A stretch of 64,000 nucleotides of DNA from Nannocystis bainbridge (GCF_028368995.1 NZ_JAQNDL010000003.1:512001-576000), one strand, 5' to 3'; positions 27,489-39,216 are shown, counted from the first letter of the stretch. A program made the numbers and translations. Notes: generated by a model from the sequence alone, not told the origin.

Positions 27489-27700
27489 GGGAGCAAGTCC
27501 GCCTCGTAGATGAACACCAGCAATGAACGGACGCGGTAGCGAAGGACCTCGCCGCTTGGCGCGTAGACAAACGCCGTGAGGGACGCCGAGGCACCGACGC
27601 GATCGGCGGCCTCCTCGGCGGCCTCCTCGGGCGATGCGGCGTCGATCTCGATCTCCTCCGCGTGGCCCGAGATCCGGACATGGTACTTGGGACAGGTCAC
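27485..27700 (-). CDS. Small hypothetical phage-like protein
   Basis: EIEIDAASPEEAAEEA; coupled to the integrase stop. Confidence 0.6.
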   Translation of the reverse strand: MTCPKYHVRISGHAEEIEIDAASPEEAAEEAADRVGASASLTAFVYAPSGEVLRYRVRSLLVFIYEADLLP

Positions 27701-29418
27701 ATCGCCCCCCCGGTCGCGTGAGCGAGGCGGCCCGAAAGCGCGTTCGACCCAGGACGCTCCGCCCCTTCGCCGTAGATCTCGCGGGTCATCTTGGGGTCAT
27801 GGCCAAGCGCCCACGCGATGTCATCGATCGGCGCGCCCTCCTCCATGCTCAGGTGGACGAAGCTGTGGCGGAGGTCGTGCGGATGCGGCCACGGCTTCGG
27901 CAGGCCGGCCAGGATTACAGCCTCCCGCATCACACGCCACACGGCGGTCTTGAGGCTTTCGGGATCATGGGTCCCGAAGAGCGGGCCGCGGACGCGGGGG
28001 CCCCACGTCCCTTGCTTCCCGAACATCAGCTCGATCTGCTTCGCGGCGACCCGAGCGGCATCGTCGTCAACGGCGATCTTCCGCTCCTTGCCCGACTTCG
28101 TGCGGACCAACTTGATCTTGTTCCCGCGGATGTCGCCGGCGTCGACGCGCGCCATCTCGTCGATGCGCGTCCCGGAGAGAAGCAGCATGCGAAAGAGCGT
28201 GTGCGGTGCCGTGTGATGCGCGAGGTCCTGGCCTTCGAGCCGACGCCGACTCCCGTCCTCGACGCGCGCGTCGTACAGGTCCGCCGCGACGGCCCGCAGG
28301 TCTCGCATTTCCTCAGACGTGATCGGCCGCGGAGGCTTGCGGCGATGCTTGGCCCGGACCCCGTAGTCCGGATCGCACTGGATCACGCCGCGGGCGCGCG
28401 CGAAGCGAAGCAGGTTCCGCAAGCGAGCTAGACAAGCCTTCGCAGCCGAGCTCCCCGCGTTCTTGCAAAGCCCCTTGTACCAGGCATCGATGATCTCGGC
28501 GGTGAGGTCGACGGCGCGGAACTCGGCGAGCGCCGGCCGCTCCGTCCCGGTGTGCTCGGGCTTCTGCGCGCGCTCCCGGAGCTTGGTGCGCAGGTACCGA
28601 TACGCGCGCACCGACTTCGGCCGCAGGTGGCCGAGCGCCTCTTGCTCGATCTTGTCGGCGAGCCAGTGATCGGCGACGAGCTGCACCGTCGCCTCCGGAG
28701 TGAGGGGAGCGAGCGCCGCGCTGTCGATCGTCTCTTCGGGCTTGCGCTTCCGCTTGGAAGTCCGCGGGACGACTTCGTGCGTCGGCTGGCCGGTCGTCTC
28801 GCCGACCCTGCGCAGGTGGGCGAGCAGGCGGCCCAAGCACTTGACGAGCTTGCGGGCGACAGGCTCGTGGTAGGACTTGCAGAGTTCGGCGAACCAGGCG
28901 CGCACGACCGGCGGATGCAACGCGGTGGTCGGCAACGCAGCGAGCGACCCGAGACGGCGCAAGAGCATCGCGGCGTCCGTGTGCCCGCGAAACCCGAGGT
29001 CGCCGTCCCGCTCCCTGGCCTTCAGGTGTTCGAGCCAATCCCGCGCGGCGGCCTCGACCGAACCAGCCGGCGGCCCCGCAGGGTCGAGGCCAGGGAACGC
29101 GACCTCATGGGCACGCGCGTGATTCAGGATCGAGGTCAGCGAGCGCCGCGCGGTCGCGGCAACGCTCGGGGTGTAAGCGTGCGCAACCGTCGACACCCAT
29201 TGCTCGATCGTCTCGGGGGTGAGCTTGCTTGCCCGTACGTCACGCAAGCCGCCGACCTGGGATCGGCTCGCTCGGCTCGACCGACCTCCGCGGCAAGTCG
29301 AGGGCGGTCGCGCTCGCGCTCGCTTGCTCGCCGACGCGACGCTCGGAGCGCTCGGCGGAAGGTGCTGGGGATGTCGGAAGCTCGCTACAACCCCGGCATC
29401 CACAAGCTGCGCCGCCAC
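27697..29418 (-). CDS. int: Tyrosine recombinase/integrase with tandem core-binding-like domains (true start uncertain)
   Basis: Catalytic R (SGTRIDE), K (RTKSG), HDLRH, LGH and Y (TREIY). Confidence 0.9.
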   Translation of the reverse strand: MAAQLVDAGVVASFRHPQHLPPSAPSVASASKRARARPPSTCRGGRSSRASRSQVGGLRDVRASKLTPETIEQWVSTVAHAYTPSVAATARRSLTSILNHARAHEVAFPGLDPAGPPAGSVEAAARDWLEHLKARERDGDLGFRGHTDAAMLLRRLGSLAALPTTALHPPVVRAWFAELCKSYHEPVARKLVKCLGRLLAHLRRVGETTGQPTHEVVPRTSKRKRKPEETIDSAALAPLTPEATVQLVADHWLADKIEQEALGHLRPKSVRAYRYLRTKLRERAQKPEHTGTERPALAEFRAVDLTAEIIDAWYKGLCKNAGSSAAKACLARLRNLLRFARARGVIQCDPDYGVRAKHRRKPPRPITSEEMRDLRAVAADLYDARVEDGSRRRLEGQDLAHHTAPHTLFRMLLLSGTRIDEMARVDAGDIRGNKIKLVRTKSGKERKIAVDDDAARVAAKQIELMFGKQGTWGPRVRGPLFGTHDPESLKTAVWRVMREAVILAGLPKPWPHPHDLRHSFVHLSMEEGAPIDDIAWALGHDPKMTREIYGEGAERPGSNALSGRLAHATGGAM

Positions 29419-29457
29419 GCCAGCGGCCCGAGCGCCGCGGCGAAGAACGTCGCCTGA
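29383..29457 (+). pseudogene. Probable 3' end of the host gene targeted by integration (...RYNPGIHKLRRHASGPSAAAKNVA*)
   Basis: 24 consecutive codons ending in G/C, then TGA, then a 14-bp array as seen after other host stop codons. Confidence 0.5.
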
Positions 29458-29463
29458 TCGAAC

Positions 29464-29529
29464 AGACCTGCTGTAAAGGACATGCTCTCGAAGTCATGTC
29501 CCTTCACACATGCTCCGAGGGCCACGCGA
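29464..29529. repeat. 14-bp phased CATG array
   Basis: Cores at 29467 (CCTG), 29481, 29495, 29509 and 29523 (CACG). Confidence 0.88.
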
Positions 29530-29675
29530 TTCGCCGGGCTCGGGCCCGGCGATCGCGAGCACCAGCGGCGGCCACCCAGCGGCCACCCAGGCCGGCGAGC
29601 TCGCGCTGCGACGACAAACCCCGGCGCCGGGAGCCCATCGGAAATAAACGCATGGGGCCGAAGTGTTGTCGTGCC

Positions 29676-30656
29676 ATGCGTTCGGGCTGGCTCGCGCTGG
29701 CGCTCGCGGGCTGCGCGGCGCGCTCGACCTCGACGGTCCCATCGGCGACCGAGCCCGAGCGCGTGAGCGCGGCGGTCCCGGCGGGCGCTGCCGTCTTCGT
29801 CGACCCACCGCCTCCGCCGTGTCCCGCCTCCGGGTGGCTCACGGCCGAGGTGTTGATTGGGCCGTGGAGCATCCGCTACGGATCTGCCCGGGGCACGCAC
29901 ACGCTGATGCAGCACGCGAAGCGCGACGATTACCTGGCCGATGGGACAGTTCACGGCGTGCGCCTGGTCCGTCCCGTGTCCTACCGCGATCGCTGGCAGG
30001 TGAGCGGCGGCAGCATGCTCGCGCTGCCGGACCAGGAACAGCGCAGCGAGCTCACGGGCTCCTGGCACGTCGACGAGACCGGCCTGCTCGAGCTGCGCTG
30101 GATCGGGCCGCAGCGGACCGAGATGACACGAGGGCGGGTGTGGGTCGACATCGAGGCCGGACCCCAACCCCACGCGCGGCTGCACCGACACCCGCTGACG
30201 CGCGGCGCCGACGAGGTGTGGCGCAGCGAGGTCTTTACCGAGGTCACGGAGGCCGGCGTGACCCGCGGCTTCACCAGCCGGATCGAGCTGCGCTTCGAGC
30301 CGCCGTTGCAGTCGAGCCCGTCGTCGTGCGGGGTGGAGATCCGCCGTGAGCTCGCGGTCTGGGGCGGCGGCCCGCCTGCCACGTGGAAAGACCGCGCGCG
30401 CGGCCTGTGCACTGTCGAGGGCCGCCAGGTTCGCATCGAGCCGGACGAGCGCCGACCCGGACGCTGGCCGGAACACGACGCTCGGCTACAGGGCGCCTAC
30501 GCGCCGCTCGAGTTCGGCAGCTACGCGTGGATCGCCGCCGATATCCTCGTCGGCGGCCACGACTGGGAACCACACTCCCGCGGCCGCCCCGTGGAGCCGC
30601 CGATCCTTTGGCACGACGCCGCAGGCCGCGGCTGGTGCACGCCGGGACGTCCATAA
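29676..30656 (+). CDS. Lipoprotein, hypothetical
   Basis: MRSGWLALALAGC lipobox. Confidence 0.7.
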   Translation: MRSGWLALALAGCAARSTSTVPSATEPERVSAAVPAGAAVFVDPPPPPCPASGWLTAEVLIGPWSIRYGSARGTHTLMQHAKRDDYLADGTVHGVRLVRPVSYRDRWQVSGGSMLALPDQEQRSELTGSWHVDETGLLELRWIGPQRTEMTRGRVWVDIEAGPQPHARLHRHPLTRGADEVWRSEVFTEVTEAGVTRGFTSRIELRFEPPLQSSPSSCGVEIRRELAVWGGGPPATWKDRARGLCTVEGRQVRIEPDERRPGRWPEHDARLQGAYAPLEFGSYAWIAADILVGGHDWEPHSRGRPVEPPILWHDAAGRGWCTPGRP

Positions 30657-30691
30657 GATGTCCTTGAAGACATGTCCCTAGGCACATGTCC
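30654..30691. repeat. 14-bp phased CATG array
   Basis: Cores at 30657 (GATG), 30671 and 30685. Confidence 0.8.
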
Positions 30692-30719
30692 TGGGGTCGG
30701 GCGTTCGCCGCCCCTGGCC

Positions 30720-31205
30720 TCAGCGCCGGCGCCGGCGCAGCAGCCCGACGAGCCCGAGCAGCCCGAGGGCCGCGCCCGGCGACGCGTCGCTGCGGCAGCC
30801 GCAGCCCTCCTCCTTCTTCGGCGACGTCCCGTCGCTGGTCCCGCCGTCGCTGGTCGCACCGCCGGTGGTGCTCGAGCTCCCGGCCGTCTCGCCCGTCACT
30901 CCGGCCGTCGCGCCCGTCGTCCCGCCCGTCTCGCCCGTCGACCCCGTGGTCCCCGTCGTCCCCGTGCCCGTGGCGGTGGTCGTCGCCGTCCCCATCGGAT
31001 CGCAGTAGCCGCATTTCTTGCCGGGCTCCCCGGGGCAGTCCTTCTCGACGCAGTACCCGTCGCCCAGGTCCGAATAACAGGACGACCCCAGCTCCTGGTC
31101 CAGGCAGGCCATGTAAGGATCGGGGTCGGGCGCGACGTCGGCGCGGGCCGTGGTGCCGACGAGGAGCAGCGGGGACGCGAACAGGAGCACGAGAGCAGAG
31201 CGCAT
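30720..31205 (-). CDS. MYXO-CTERM surface protein
   Basis: Signal peptide, Thr/Gly linker and C-terminal GCGC...LLGLVGLLRRRRR. Confidence 0.85.
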   Translation of the reverse strand: MRSALVLLFASPLLLVGTTARADVAPDPDPYMACLDQELGSSCYSDLGDGYCVEKDCPGEPGKKCGYCDPMGTATTTATGTGTTGTTGSTGETGGTTGATAGVTGETAGSSSTTGGATSDGGTSDGTSPKKEEGCGCRSDASPGAALGLLGLVGLLRRRRR

Positions 31206-31363
31206 GGCCGGCAAGATAGCGGATCGGCGCTCGTCTCGGAATCACCGCCGCTCATGGGACGCCGCCGATCGATGTCGAGCGCCCCGCTCGGATTGGGGTC
31301 CGCCGCCGACGCGGGATCGCGCACCCATGGCCCCTCGGTCGCCAGGGCCTCATCTCGTGCGCA

Positions 31364-31429
31364 TCGCATGTCCTTGAGGACATGCCTAAAACATCATGTT
31401 CATACGAACATGCCCCTCGGGGCATGTCG
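31364..31429. repeat. 14-bp phased CATG array
   Basis: CATG at 31367, 31381, 31395, 31409 and 31423. Confidence 0.93.
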
Positions 31430-31435
31430 AAAATT

Positions 31436-32221
31436 TCACCGCACGAGCTGGCCCACGAACCTCGCCGTCGCCGCCAGCGTCTCCTCGGGCCGCTCGCGGT
31501 ACGGGCTGTGTCCGCACCCCGCAAGCAGCAGCGTCTCGACCGGCCCGGCCACCCCGCCGGCGATCGCCTGCACCTGCGCGATCGTCCCGTACGCGTCGTC
31601 TTCGCCCTGGATCACCAGCGTCGGCGCCGTCACCTGCGGCAGGTAGCCCTCGAGGTTCCAGCGCCGGAACGCCGGGTCGAGCCACGCCTCGCACCAGCCG
31701 CGGAACGCCGCCTCCACGTTTTCGCCATGGTGCCGCTGCAGGCGCGCCCGCAGCTCGCCCGCCTCGTACTCGCGCTTCGCCGCCGCGATGCTGCGCACCG
31801 ACACCTCCTCGCAGAACACGTGCGGCGCCATCAGCACCAGCCCGGCCACCCGTTCGCGCCCGGCCGTCGCCGCGTGGACCAGCGCGATCGACCCGCCGTC
31901 GCTGTGCCCGACCAGGATCGCCGAGCGCACCCCCGCCGCGTCGAGCACCGCGCCGACCACCGCCTCGCCCTCGCGCTGCATGTAGTCGAGCGGCCGCGGC
32001 AGCGCGATCGTCTGCGAGCGGCCGTAGCCGGCGCGGCTGTACACCAGCGCCCCGCAGCCGGTCGCCGCGACCAGCCGCTCGGGGAAATCGCGCCACAGGC
32101 TCACGCAGCCGAGCCCCTCGTGCAGCAGCACCAGCGTCGGCGCCTCGGCCGGCCCGGGCCCGACCCACCGGTACTCGAGCCGCTGCCCTGCCGCCGTCAG
32201 ATAGCCTGTCTCTTGCGACAT
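31436..32221 (-). CDS. Alpha/beta hydrolase
   Basis: LLHEGLG, GHSDGG, IQGEDDAYG, GHSP. Confidence 0.92.
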   Translation of the reverse strand: MSQETGYLTAAGQRLEYRWVGPGPAEAPTLVLLHEGLGCVSLWRDFPERLVAATGCGALVYSRAGYGRSQTIALPRPLDYMQREGEAVVGAVLDAAGVRSAILVGHSDGGSIALVHAATAGRERVAGLVLMAPHVFCEEVSVRSIAAAKREYEAGELRARLQRHHGENVEAAFRGWCEAWLDPAFRRWNLEGYLPQVTAPTLVIQGEDDAYGTIAQVQAIAGGVAGPVETLLLAGCGHSPYRERPEETLAATARFVGQLVR

Positions 32222-32253
32222 GCCTGATTCAACATGTCCTTCCAGACATACCC
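32202..32253. repeat. 14-bp phased CATG array overlapping the hydrolase start codon
   Basis: Cores at 32205 (CCTG), 32219, 32233 and 32247 (CATA). Confidence 0.8.
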
Positions 32254-32289
32254 ATCACACCGAACTCGGCAGTCTCTCGCGCCATGTCT

Positions 32290-33225
32290 TCAGAGCAGCT
32301 GCCCGTGGTGCGGCTGGGCCGGCTCGGGCAGCTCGGTTTCGCCGAGGCGCTGGCGCAGGTCGAGCTCGATCGTGCGGCACAGCGCCGACAGCGGCAGGTC
32401 GTTGGGATCGCTGCCGAACGGATCTTGGATCTCCTCGCCGAGCGCGTCGAGCCCGTAGAACGCGTACGACATCATCACCACCACCACCGGTGTCATCAGC
32501 CCCAGCGGCAGCAGCACCCCGAACGGCAGCGCGTAGCAGTAGGCGCCGATGATGTGGCGCAGCAGCACCTGATAGGCGAACGGGATCGGCGTATTGGCGA
32601 TCCGCTCGCACCCGCCCTGCACGTCGGTCAGCGCCGTCAGCGTCTGGTGCAGCAGGCTCAGGTGCATCGGATGGATGAGCTCGGCGCGATAGGCCTCGTC
32701 GAGCTGCTCCGCCATCCGCTGGACCAGCGCATTGGGTCGGTTGCGCTCGGTCTTTATCTGCTCGAGCTCGCTGGCCGACATGAACGGCGCGAGGTCGGTC
32801 ACCATCGTCTCCTCGCCGCGCAGCCGCATCCGCAGCGCGTGCGGGAACGCCATCACCAGGTAGATCAGGCGCCGGCGCCGCTCCAGCACCGCCGCGCCGT
32901 CCCCCGCGCCGACCAGCGTCTGCACCTGGCGCGCCAGCGTCCTGCAGGTATTGACCAGTTGGCCCCACAGCCGCCGGCCCTCCCAGTAGCGGTCGTAGGC
33001 CGTGTTGATGCGGAAGCCGAGGAAGATGCTGAGGACGAAGCCGATCAGCGTAAACGGCAGCGGCGTCACGTCGCGGCCGTCGAGCCAGCCGTAGCGCATG
33101 TGGCCCAGCGTCATCACCAGGGCGAACGTCCCGTTGAACGTCAGGCGCCGCCAGATCCGCGACAGCGTCGTCCCGCGGGCCGCGAACATGAAATACAGCC
33201 AGGACCCCCTGGTCGTGACGATCAT
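32290..33225 (-). CDS. Bestrophin-family ion channel
   Basis: [40 protein letters not shown]. Confidence 0.92.
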   Translation of the reverse strand: MIVTTRGSWLYFMFAARGTTLSRIWRRLTFNGTFALVMTLGHMRYGWLDGRDVTPLPFTLIGFVLSIFLGFRINTAYDRYWEGRRLWGQLVNTCRTLARQVQTLVGAGDGAAVLERRRRLIYLVMAFPHALRMRLRGEETMVTDLAPFMSASELEQIKTERNRPNALVQRMAEQLDEAYRAELIHPMHLSLLHQTLTALTDVQGGCERIANTPIPFAYQVLLRHIIGAYCYALPFGVLLPLGLMTPVVVVMMSYAFYGLDALGEEIQDPFGSDPNDLPLSALCRTIELDLRQRLGETELPEPAQPHHGQLL

Positions 33226-33306
33226 CCGCGGCGAAGGTAGCCGTTCGGCGCCCGAAAGATCCACGCCGCGTGACGCGCGGCCGCGCCCTCGCTACCCTCC
33301 GCGGGC

Positions 33307-35286
33307 ATGCCGGCTCACGACCGCCCCGTCGCCCGCGAAGACCTCGCCGCCGCCCTCGACATCCTCGGCAAGCGGCACCTCGTGCTCTCGATCCACGACG
33401 TCTCGTTTCCCGGGCGCGACGACGAAGATCTCGGGCGCGGCTCGCCGTACAGCGGCGGCGGTCGGGCCTTCCTCGGCTTCGTGCGCCAGCTCGGGTTCAC
33501 CGGCGTGCAGCTCGGCCCGCAGGGACAGACCTCGCGCTACAACCCCTCGCCGTACGACGGCGCCCTGTTCGCCCGCGACATCCTCTCGATCGCCCTGCGC
33601 CCGCTCGCCGACGACCCCGCCTACGGCAACGTCCTCCCGCGCGGCGACCTCGACGACCTCCTGCGCGGACGGCCGGCGCGGCCTCGCCAGGGGATCACCG
33701 AACAGGCCGACTACGCCGCCGTGTGGCCGCGCCAGCTGGCCGCGCTCGCCAGCGCCTGGCACGGCTTCAGCCGTCGCCGCGCCGCCGGCGATCCGTCGGT
33801 CGCCGACCTCGCCGCCGCCTTCGACGGGTTCGTCGGCGAGCACGCCGGCTGGCTCGCGCCGGCCGGGCTGTACGAGGTCCTGTCGACCGCCTACCGGACC
33901 GGAGGGACATGGTCCGGAGCACATGGTCTTCGGGTCAGCTTCGACGGATCGCACTGGAGGAGCTGGCCGCGAGACCAGGAACTTTGGGTCAGCAAGAGCG
34001 CGCACGCGACGGCGCGGCGGGCCGGCCTGTCGCGGACCTACGCGCGCGAGCTCGAGTTCCTCGCCTTCTGCCAGCTGCTCGCAGCCCGCCAGCACGCCGC
34101 CCTGCGCGCCGAGCTGGCCGCGCGGCCGGGCCTGCCGGCCCTGCGGCTGTTCGGCGATCTCCAGGTGGGGATCTCCGTCGCCGACACCTGGGCGCTGCAC
34201 GACCTGTTCTTGCCCGGCTATGCGATGGGCGCGCCGCCGAGCCGCACCAACCCCGACGGCCAGCCGTGGGGCTACCCGGTGCTCGACCCGCGGCTCTACC
34301 ACGGGTCTGGCGGCCTCGGCCCGGCGCTGCGGCTGGTGGCCGCGCGCACCGACGCGATGCTGCGCGACTACGACGGCCTGCGCGTCGACCACCCGCACGG
34401 CCTGGTGTGCCCGTGGGTCTACCGCACCGACGAGCTCGACGCCTACCGCGCCGTCCAGGGCGGCGCGCGCCTGTTCGAATCGCCATGTCTCTCGGACCAT
34501 CCGCGCCTCGCCCCGTACGCGATCGCGCGCGAAGACCAGCTCGACCAGGCCCTGCCGCGCCACGCCGACCGGTGGGTCCGCGCGCTCGACGACGACCAGG
34601 TCACCCGCTACGGCGCCCAGCTCGACGTCGTCCTCGGCGCCGCGCAGGCGCACGGCCGCGCGCTCGAGGACGTGTTGTGCGAAGTCCTCAGCACCCAGCC
34701 CTACCCGCTGCAGCGGGTGCTCGAGGGCCACGGCCTGGGCCGCTTCCGGGTCACGCAAAAGGCCAACCTGACCGACCCGAACGACGTTTATCGCAGCGAG
34801 AACGCCCGCCCCGAGGACTGGGTGATGCTCGGCAACCACGACACCCCGCCGATCTGGCGCCTCGCGGCCTCATGGCACGGGACCCCGCTCGCAGCCGCGC
34901 AGGCCGAGTACTTGTGCGGACGTCTGGGGTCGCGCAGCGACGACGACCCATTGCGCGCGCGCATGCTCGCCGACCCCGCCGCCCTCGTGCACGCCAAGTT
35001 CGCCGACCTGCTGGTGTGCCCCGCGCGCCAAGTGGCCGTGTTCATGAGCGACTTGTTCGGCGCCCACGACATCTACAACGCCCCCGGCGTGGTCGATCCG
35101 GACAACTGGACCCTGCGCCTGCGACCCGGCTGCGAGGCCGCGTACTGGCCGGCAGCGGCCCGCGGAGCGGCGCTCGACCTCGGGTGGGCCCTGGCGATCG
35201 CGCTGCGGTCGCGCGGCCCCGCTTGCGCGTCCGAGCACGCCGAACTGATCGCCAGGCTCGAGCGCGGCCTCGGGCGGCCGTGCTAG
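33307..35286 (+). CDS. malQ: 4-alpha-glucanotransferase (GH77)
   Basis: SPY, FGDLQVG, GAPP...[25 protein letters not shown] lies 8 nt upstream of the ATG (leaderless-type). Confidence 0.85.
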   Translation: MPAHDRPVAREDLAAALDILGKRHLVLSIHDVSFPGRDDEDLGRGSPYSGGGRAFLGFVRQLGFTGVQLGPQGQTSRYNPSPYDGALFARDILSIALRPLADDPAYGNVLPRGDLDDLLRGRPARPRQGITEQADYAAVWPRQLAALASAWHGFSRRRAAGDPSVADLAAAFDGFVGEHAGWLAPAGLYEVLSTAYRTGGTWSGAHGLRVSFDGSHWRSWPRDQELWVSKSAHATARRAGLSRTYARELEFLAFCQLLAARQHAALRAELAARPGLPALRLFGDLQVGISVADTWALHDLFLPGYAMGAPPSRTNPDGQPWGYPVLDPRLYHGSGGLGPALRLVAARTDAMLRDYDGLRVDHPHGLVCPWVYRTDELDAYRAVQGGARLFESPCLSDHPRLAPYAIAREDQLDQALPRHADRWVRALDDDQVTRYGAQLDVVLGAAQAHGRALEDVLCEVLSTQPYPLQRVLEGHGLGRFRVTQKANLTDPNDVYRSENARPEDWVMLGNHDTPPIWRLAASWHGTPLAAAQAEYLCGRLGSRSDDDPLRARMLADPAALVHAKFADLLVCPARQVAVFMSDLFGAHDIYNAPGVVDPDNWTLRLRPGCEAAYWPAAARGAALDLGWALAIALRSRGPACASEHAELIARLERGLGRPC

Positions 35287-35463
35287 CCTGCAAGCGGCTC
35301 CCCCGCCATGAAGCTCCCCGTGCAGGTGCAAGCGCCGCCTGAGCAGCCGCGCACCGAAGTCGGCCTGCCGCGCGCGGCCGGCGAACGTATCCGCGAGACC
35401 ATGGCGGTGGCGATCCAATTCGCCAACACGGCGATCCTGCCGGACCTCGCGCTGTCGCCGACG

Positions 35464-38400
35464 ATGAGCACGCCGCCCGAAGAAGGCGGCATGGAGCGAA
35501 CCGGTCCGCAGCCGCCGCCGGCGACTGCATTGACGGGCCAGGTCGGCCCGTACCGGATCTTGCGGCCGCTCGGGGCCGGCGGCATGGGGGCCGTGTACGA
35601 GGCGACCGATACGCGCACGGGCCAGCGCGTGGCCGTCAAGTCGCTGCTGCGCATGGGCCCGTCGGAGCTTCACCGCTTCAAGTACGAGTTCCGCAGCATG
35701 GCCGAGGTCGGTCACCCGAACCTCGTCACGCTCTACGAGCTGCACTCGCAGAGCGACCTGTGGCTCATCACCATGGAGTACGTCGGCGGCGTCGACCTGT
35801 GCACGGCGCTCCGCGCCCTCGTGCGCGCGCCCGACAGCGACCGCCGGCTGCGCGCGCTGATCCGCCAGCTCGTCCTCGGCGTCACCGCGCTGCATGAGCA
35901 GGGCCTGCTGCACCGCGACCTCAAGCCCTCGAACGTGCTCGTCACCTCGGGCGGCCGCGTCGTCATCCTCGACTTCGGCCTGGTCGCCGCGATCACTCGC
36001 ACCAACAGCAACGAGACCCCGGCGGGCACTCCTCTTTACATGTCGCCCGAGCAGTGCGCCGGCCAGCTCGCGACCCCCGCGAGCGACTGGTACGCCGTCG
36101 GCGTGATGCTCTACGAGGCGCTGACCGGCAAGCTGCCGTTCACCGGCGGCTACGCCCAGATCTTCCTCGCCAAGCAGTGCGAGGAGCCGGCCCCGCCGCG
36201 CGGCCCCGGCCTGCCCGACGACCTCGCGGCGCTGATCTCCGAGCTGCTGCGCCGCGACCCCGAGAAGCGCGCCTCCGGGGCCAAGCTGCTGGCGTGGTGC
36301 GGCGGCGCGGCGCTGTCGCCGGCGCCGGCGATGGCCAGCAGCTCGATCCTGTTCGGTCGCAAGGCCGAGCTCGACGCGCTCGACGAGGGCCTCGCCGCCG
36401 CCGCCCGCGGCCGCACCGCCTGCGTCTACCTGCGCGGTCAACCCGGCGTCGGCAAGACCGGCCTCGTCCACGGCTTCCTCGGCGCCCTCCAGCCACGCGG
36501 CGACGTCGTCGCCCTCACCGCTCGCTGCTACCAGCACGAGACCGTCCCCTTCAAGGCCTTCGACAGCCTCGTCGACGCCCTCGCCGATCACCTCGGCGCG
36601 CTCGAGCCGTTCGAACTCACCCCGCTGCTCGGCACCCACACCGGCGAGCTCGCGCGCGTGTTCCCGGTGCTGCAGCGCGTGTCCGCCGTGCGCGAGCTGG
36701 CCCAGAGCGCCCGCGCCGGCGTGTCCGACCAGGAGTCGCGGCGCAAGGCCTTCGCCGCGCTCAAGCGCCTGCTCGCCGCCCTGGCCGCGCGCCGCCGGCT
36801 GGTCCTGTTCCTCGACGATTTCCACTGGAGCGACGCCGACAGCGTGCGCCTGCTGTCCGAGCTGCTGGCCCCGCCCGAAGCCCCGGCGCTGCTGCTGGTC
36901 GTCGCCTATCACACCGAGTGGCCCGGCTCGCCGCTGGTCCGCCACGAGTTCGAGCGCCTGCAGCTACGCGTCCTGCCCGAGCTCCACGTCGCCCGCCTCG
37001 ACGTCGGCCGCCTCGACGAGCGCGACGCCCACGCCGCCGCGCGCGCCCTGCTGGTCGCCGCCGGCCTGCCGCCCGAGCCGTGGGCCGCCGCGATCGCCGA
37101 CGAGGCCCGCGGCGACTCCTACGTGCTCGAGGCCCTCGTCCACGAGCTCACCCACGCCGACCTCGCCACCCTCACGCCCGAGTCCCTGTCCTTCGAGACA
37201 TGTCTCCAGACGCGGGTCGACAACCTCTTCCCCGGCGACCGCGCCGCGCTCGAGCTGGTGGCCGCCGCCGGCGCCCCGCTGCCGACCGGCCTGCTCGCGC
37301 GCTCGCTCGGCGACCCTTCCGACATCCACGCCCGCCTGGCCCGCCTGCACGCCACCCGCCTGGTCCAGCTCGGCCGCCGCAACCACGCGCCCAGCGTCGA
37401 GCCGCTGCATGACCGCGGCCGCGCTCTGGTCGTGCGCGCCTTCTCGCCCGACCGCGCCCGCCAGCTGCACCGCCTGCTCGCCGACACCGCGCTGCAGCTC
37501 GGCCGCCCCGACGCCGAGTTCATGGCCCGTCACCTGTTCGCCGCCGGCGACCGCGAGCGCGCGGCCACCTACGCCGAGCGGGCCGGCAAGGCCGCCGCCG
37601 ACGCCCTCGCCTTCGCCCGCGCCGCCGAGCTGCATGAGCTGGCCCTGCGCTGCACCCCCGAGTCGTGGCCGCGCATGGTCGCCTGCGCCCGCGCCAAGGT
37701 CGACGCCGGCCTCGGCCTCGAGGCCGCGCCGATCTTCCTCCGCGCCGCCGAAAAGGCCCCGCCGGGCCAGCGCGCCGAGCTGCGCGTCCGCGCCTGCGAG
37801 CAGTACTTCGCGGTCGGCGAGACGGCCCGCGGCGAGGCTGTCCTCAAGGACCTGCTCGAAGGGACAGGCTTCTCCGACCCCGGCAGCGGCGAGGTCCTGG
37901 CCGCCGCCTTCCAGACCGAGGTCGCCGCGCTGCTCGGCGGCGCCGAGCCGGACATGTCTTACGGGACAGGTTCCGAACCGGCCGCGCAGTCCGACGCGCT
38001 GTGGGCCGCCGCCAAGGGCCTGTTCATCCACAGCCCGGTGCGCTCGGCCTACTTCGCCGCCCGCAGCGCCGCGATCGCCCGCGCCGTCGGCGACGAGGCC
38101 CGCCACGTCCGCGGCATGGTCATCGTCCGCGCGCTGTGGGCCGCCGCCGGCGACTCCGCTGCCTTGACCCGCCTGCGCGGCATCATCGACGACTACCTGC
38201 GCCGCCGCGACGATCCCTACATCGTCGGCCTCTCGGTCCTGTTCGACGGCATCTCCGCCGTCAGCCGCGGCCGCTGGGCCGACGCCATGCGCGACCTCGA
38301 GTTCGGCATCACCCACCTGCGCCAGCGCTGCACCAACATCGCCTGGGAGTGCAACTTCGGCGCCGTCATGCTCATGAGCTTGCTCGAGTCGCGCGGCGAG

Positions 38401-39138
38401 CTGCGGGCCATCGCCCTGCGCAGCGCCGTCATGAGCGAGCAGGCCCAGCAGACCGGCGACTCGATGGTCGAGTTCGTCGCCGCCTACTACAGCGCCCTCG
38501 TCCTGCTCGCCGCCGACGCCCCCTCCGACGCGCGCGAGGTCGTCGCCCGCGCCGTCCGCCTCGGCAACGTCGCCGCCGGTTCGGCCGCCGGCCTGCGCGC
38601 CTCGATGATTGAGGCCCTCTGCGCCCAGTACGCCGGCGAGATCGCCATCGCCTGGACCGAGGTCGAGCGCGTCACCGCCCTGCTCGCTGCCGGCGGCGCC
38701 GCCTTCACCAAGAACCAGCGCGCCAACTTCATCAGTCTCCACGGACAGGTCGCATTGGCCATGGCCGAACGGTCAGGTACCGGCGACGCCCGCGAGCCCT
38801 ACCTGGCCGCCGCCGCCGCCGACGCCGACGCCCTCAAGCAGATCGGCAACGCCGGCGCGCTCGCCTCCGCCGCCCTCCTCGACGCCGCCGCCCTGGCCCT
38901 CCGCGCCGCCGCCGCCCCCACCGTCGTCGAGGCCCTGCACGCCGCCGCCGAGGCCTTCGACGCCGCCGACATGCCGCTCGCCGCCGCCGCCGCCCGCCTC
39001 CGCCTCGGCACCTGGATCGGCGGATCCGAAGGCGAGCAGATGATCGCCCGCAGCGAAGCCTTCATGCGCCTGCAAGCGATCGCCTGCCCGGCCCGGTGGG
39101 TCATCACCAACACCCCCGGCCTGTCCCCGCCGCTGTGA
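35464..39138 (+). CDS. Ser/Thr protein kinase with AAA ATPase and helical repeat region
   Basis: [18 protein letters not shown], and Walker A GQPGVGKT; start uncertain (35308-35491). Confidence 0.92.
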   Translation: MSTPPEEGGMERTGPQPPPATALTGQVGPYRILRPLGAGGMGAVYEATDTRTGQRVAVKSLLRMGPSELHRFKYEFRSMAEVGHPNLVTLYELHSQSDLWLITMEYVGGVDLCTALRALVRAPDSDRRLRALIRQLVLGVTALHEQGLLHRDLKPSNVLVTSGGRVVILDFGLVAAITRTNSNETPAGTPLYMSPEQCAGQLATPASDWYAVGVMLYEALTGKLPFTGGYAQIFLAKQCEEPAPPRGPGLPDDLAALISELLRRDPEKRASGAKLLAWCGGAALSPAPAMASSSILFGRKAELDALDEGLAAAARGRTACVYLRGQPGVGKTGLVHGFLGALQPRGDVVALTARCYQHETVPFKAFDSLVDALADHLGALEPFELTPLLGTHTGELARVFPVLQRVSAVRELAQSARAGVSDQESRRKAFAALKRLLAALAARRRLVLFLDDFHWSDADSVRLLSELLAPPEAPALLLVVAYHTEWPGSPLVRHEFERLQLRVLPELHVARLDVGRLDERDAHAAARALLVAAGLPPEPWAAAIADEARGDSYVLEALVHELTHADLATLTPESLSFETCLQTRVDNLFPGDRAALELVAAAGAPLPTGLLARSLGDPSDIHARLARLHATRLVQLGRRNHAPSVEPLHDRGRALVVRAFSPDRARQLHRLLADTALQLGRPDAEFMARHLFAAGDRERAATYAERAGKAAADALAFARAAELHELALRCTPESWPRMVACARAKVDAGLGLEAAPIFLRAAEKAPPGQRAELRVRACEQYFAVGETARGEAVLKDLLEGTGFSDPGSGEVLAAAFQTEVAALLGGAEPDMSYGTGSEPAAQSDALWAAAKGLFIHSPVRSAYFAARSAAIARAVGDEARHVRGMVIVRALWAAAGDSAALTRLRGIIDDYLRRRDDPYIVGLSVLFDGISAVSRGRWADAMRDLEFGITHLRQRCTNIAWECNFGAVMLMSLLESRGELRAIALRSAVMSEQAQQTGDSMVEFVAAYYSALVLLAADAPSDAREVVARAVRLGNVAAGSAAGLRASMIEALCAQYAGEIAIAWTEVERVTALLAAGGAAFTKNQRANFISLHGQVALAMAERSGTGDAREPYLAAAAADADALKQIGNAGALASAALLDAAALALRAAAAPTVVEALHAAAEAFDAADMPLAAAAARLRLGTWIGGSEGEQMIARSEAFMRLQAIACPARWVITNTPGLSPPL

Positions 39139-39216
39139 CATCGGCAAGGACATGTCCCGAAGGACATGTCACCGTTCGCTTGGCAACCTCGCGCGCCGGC
39201 GATATCGTTGAACGCG

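Larger units (their letters stand above)
1..29385. mobile_element. Integrated virus-like element (putative tailless provirus); left end outside the window, right end approximate
   Basis: Tyrosine integrase at the right end, a translationally coupled minus-strand early operon (wHTH, sigma, DnaB), a plus-strand operon of membrane and beta-rich proteins, and Cro/MerR-like HTH genes. A remnant host-gene 3' end starts near 29385. Confidence 0.8.

Noticed and set aside
29260-29680. tRNA or tmRNA integration target next to the integrase
   Set aside because: No cloverleaf, T-loop or CCA pattern is recognisable; a protein-coding target fits better.
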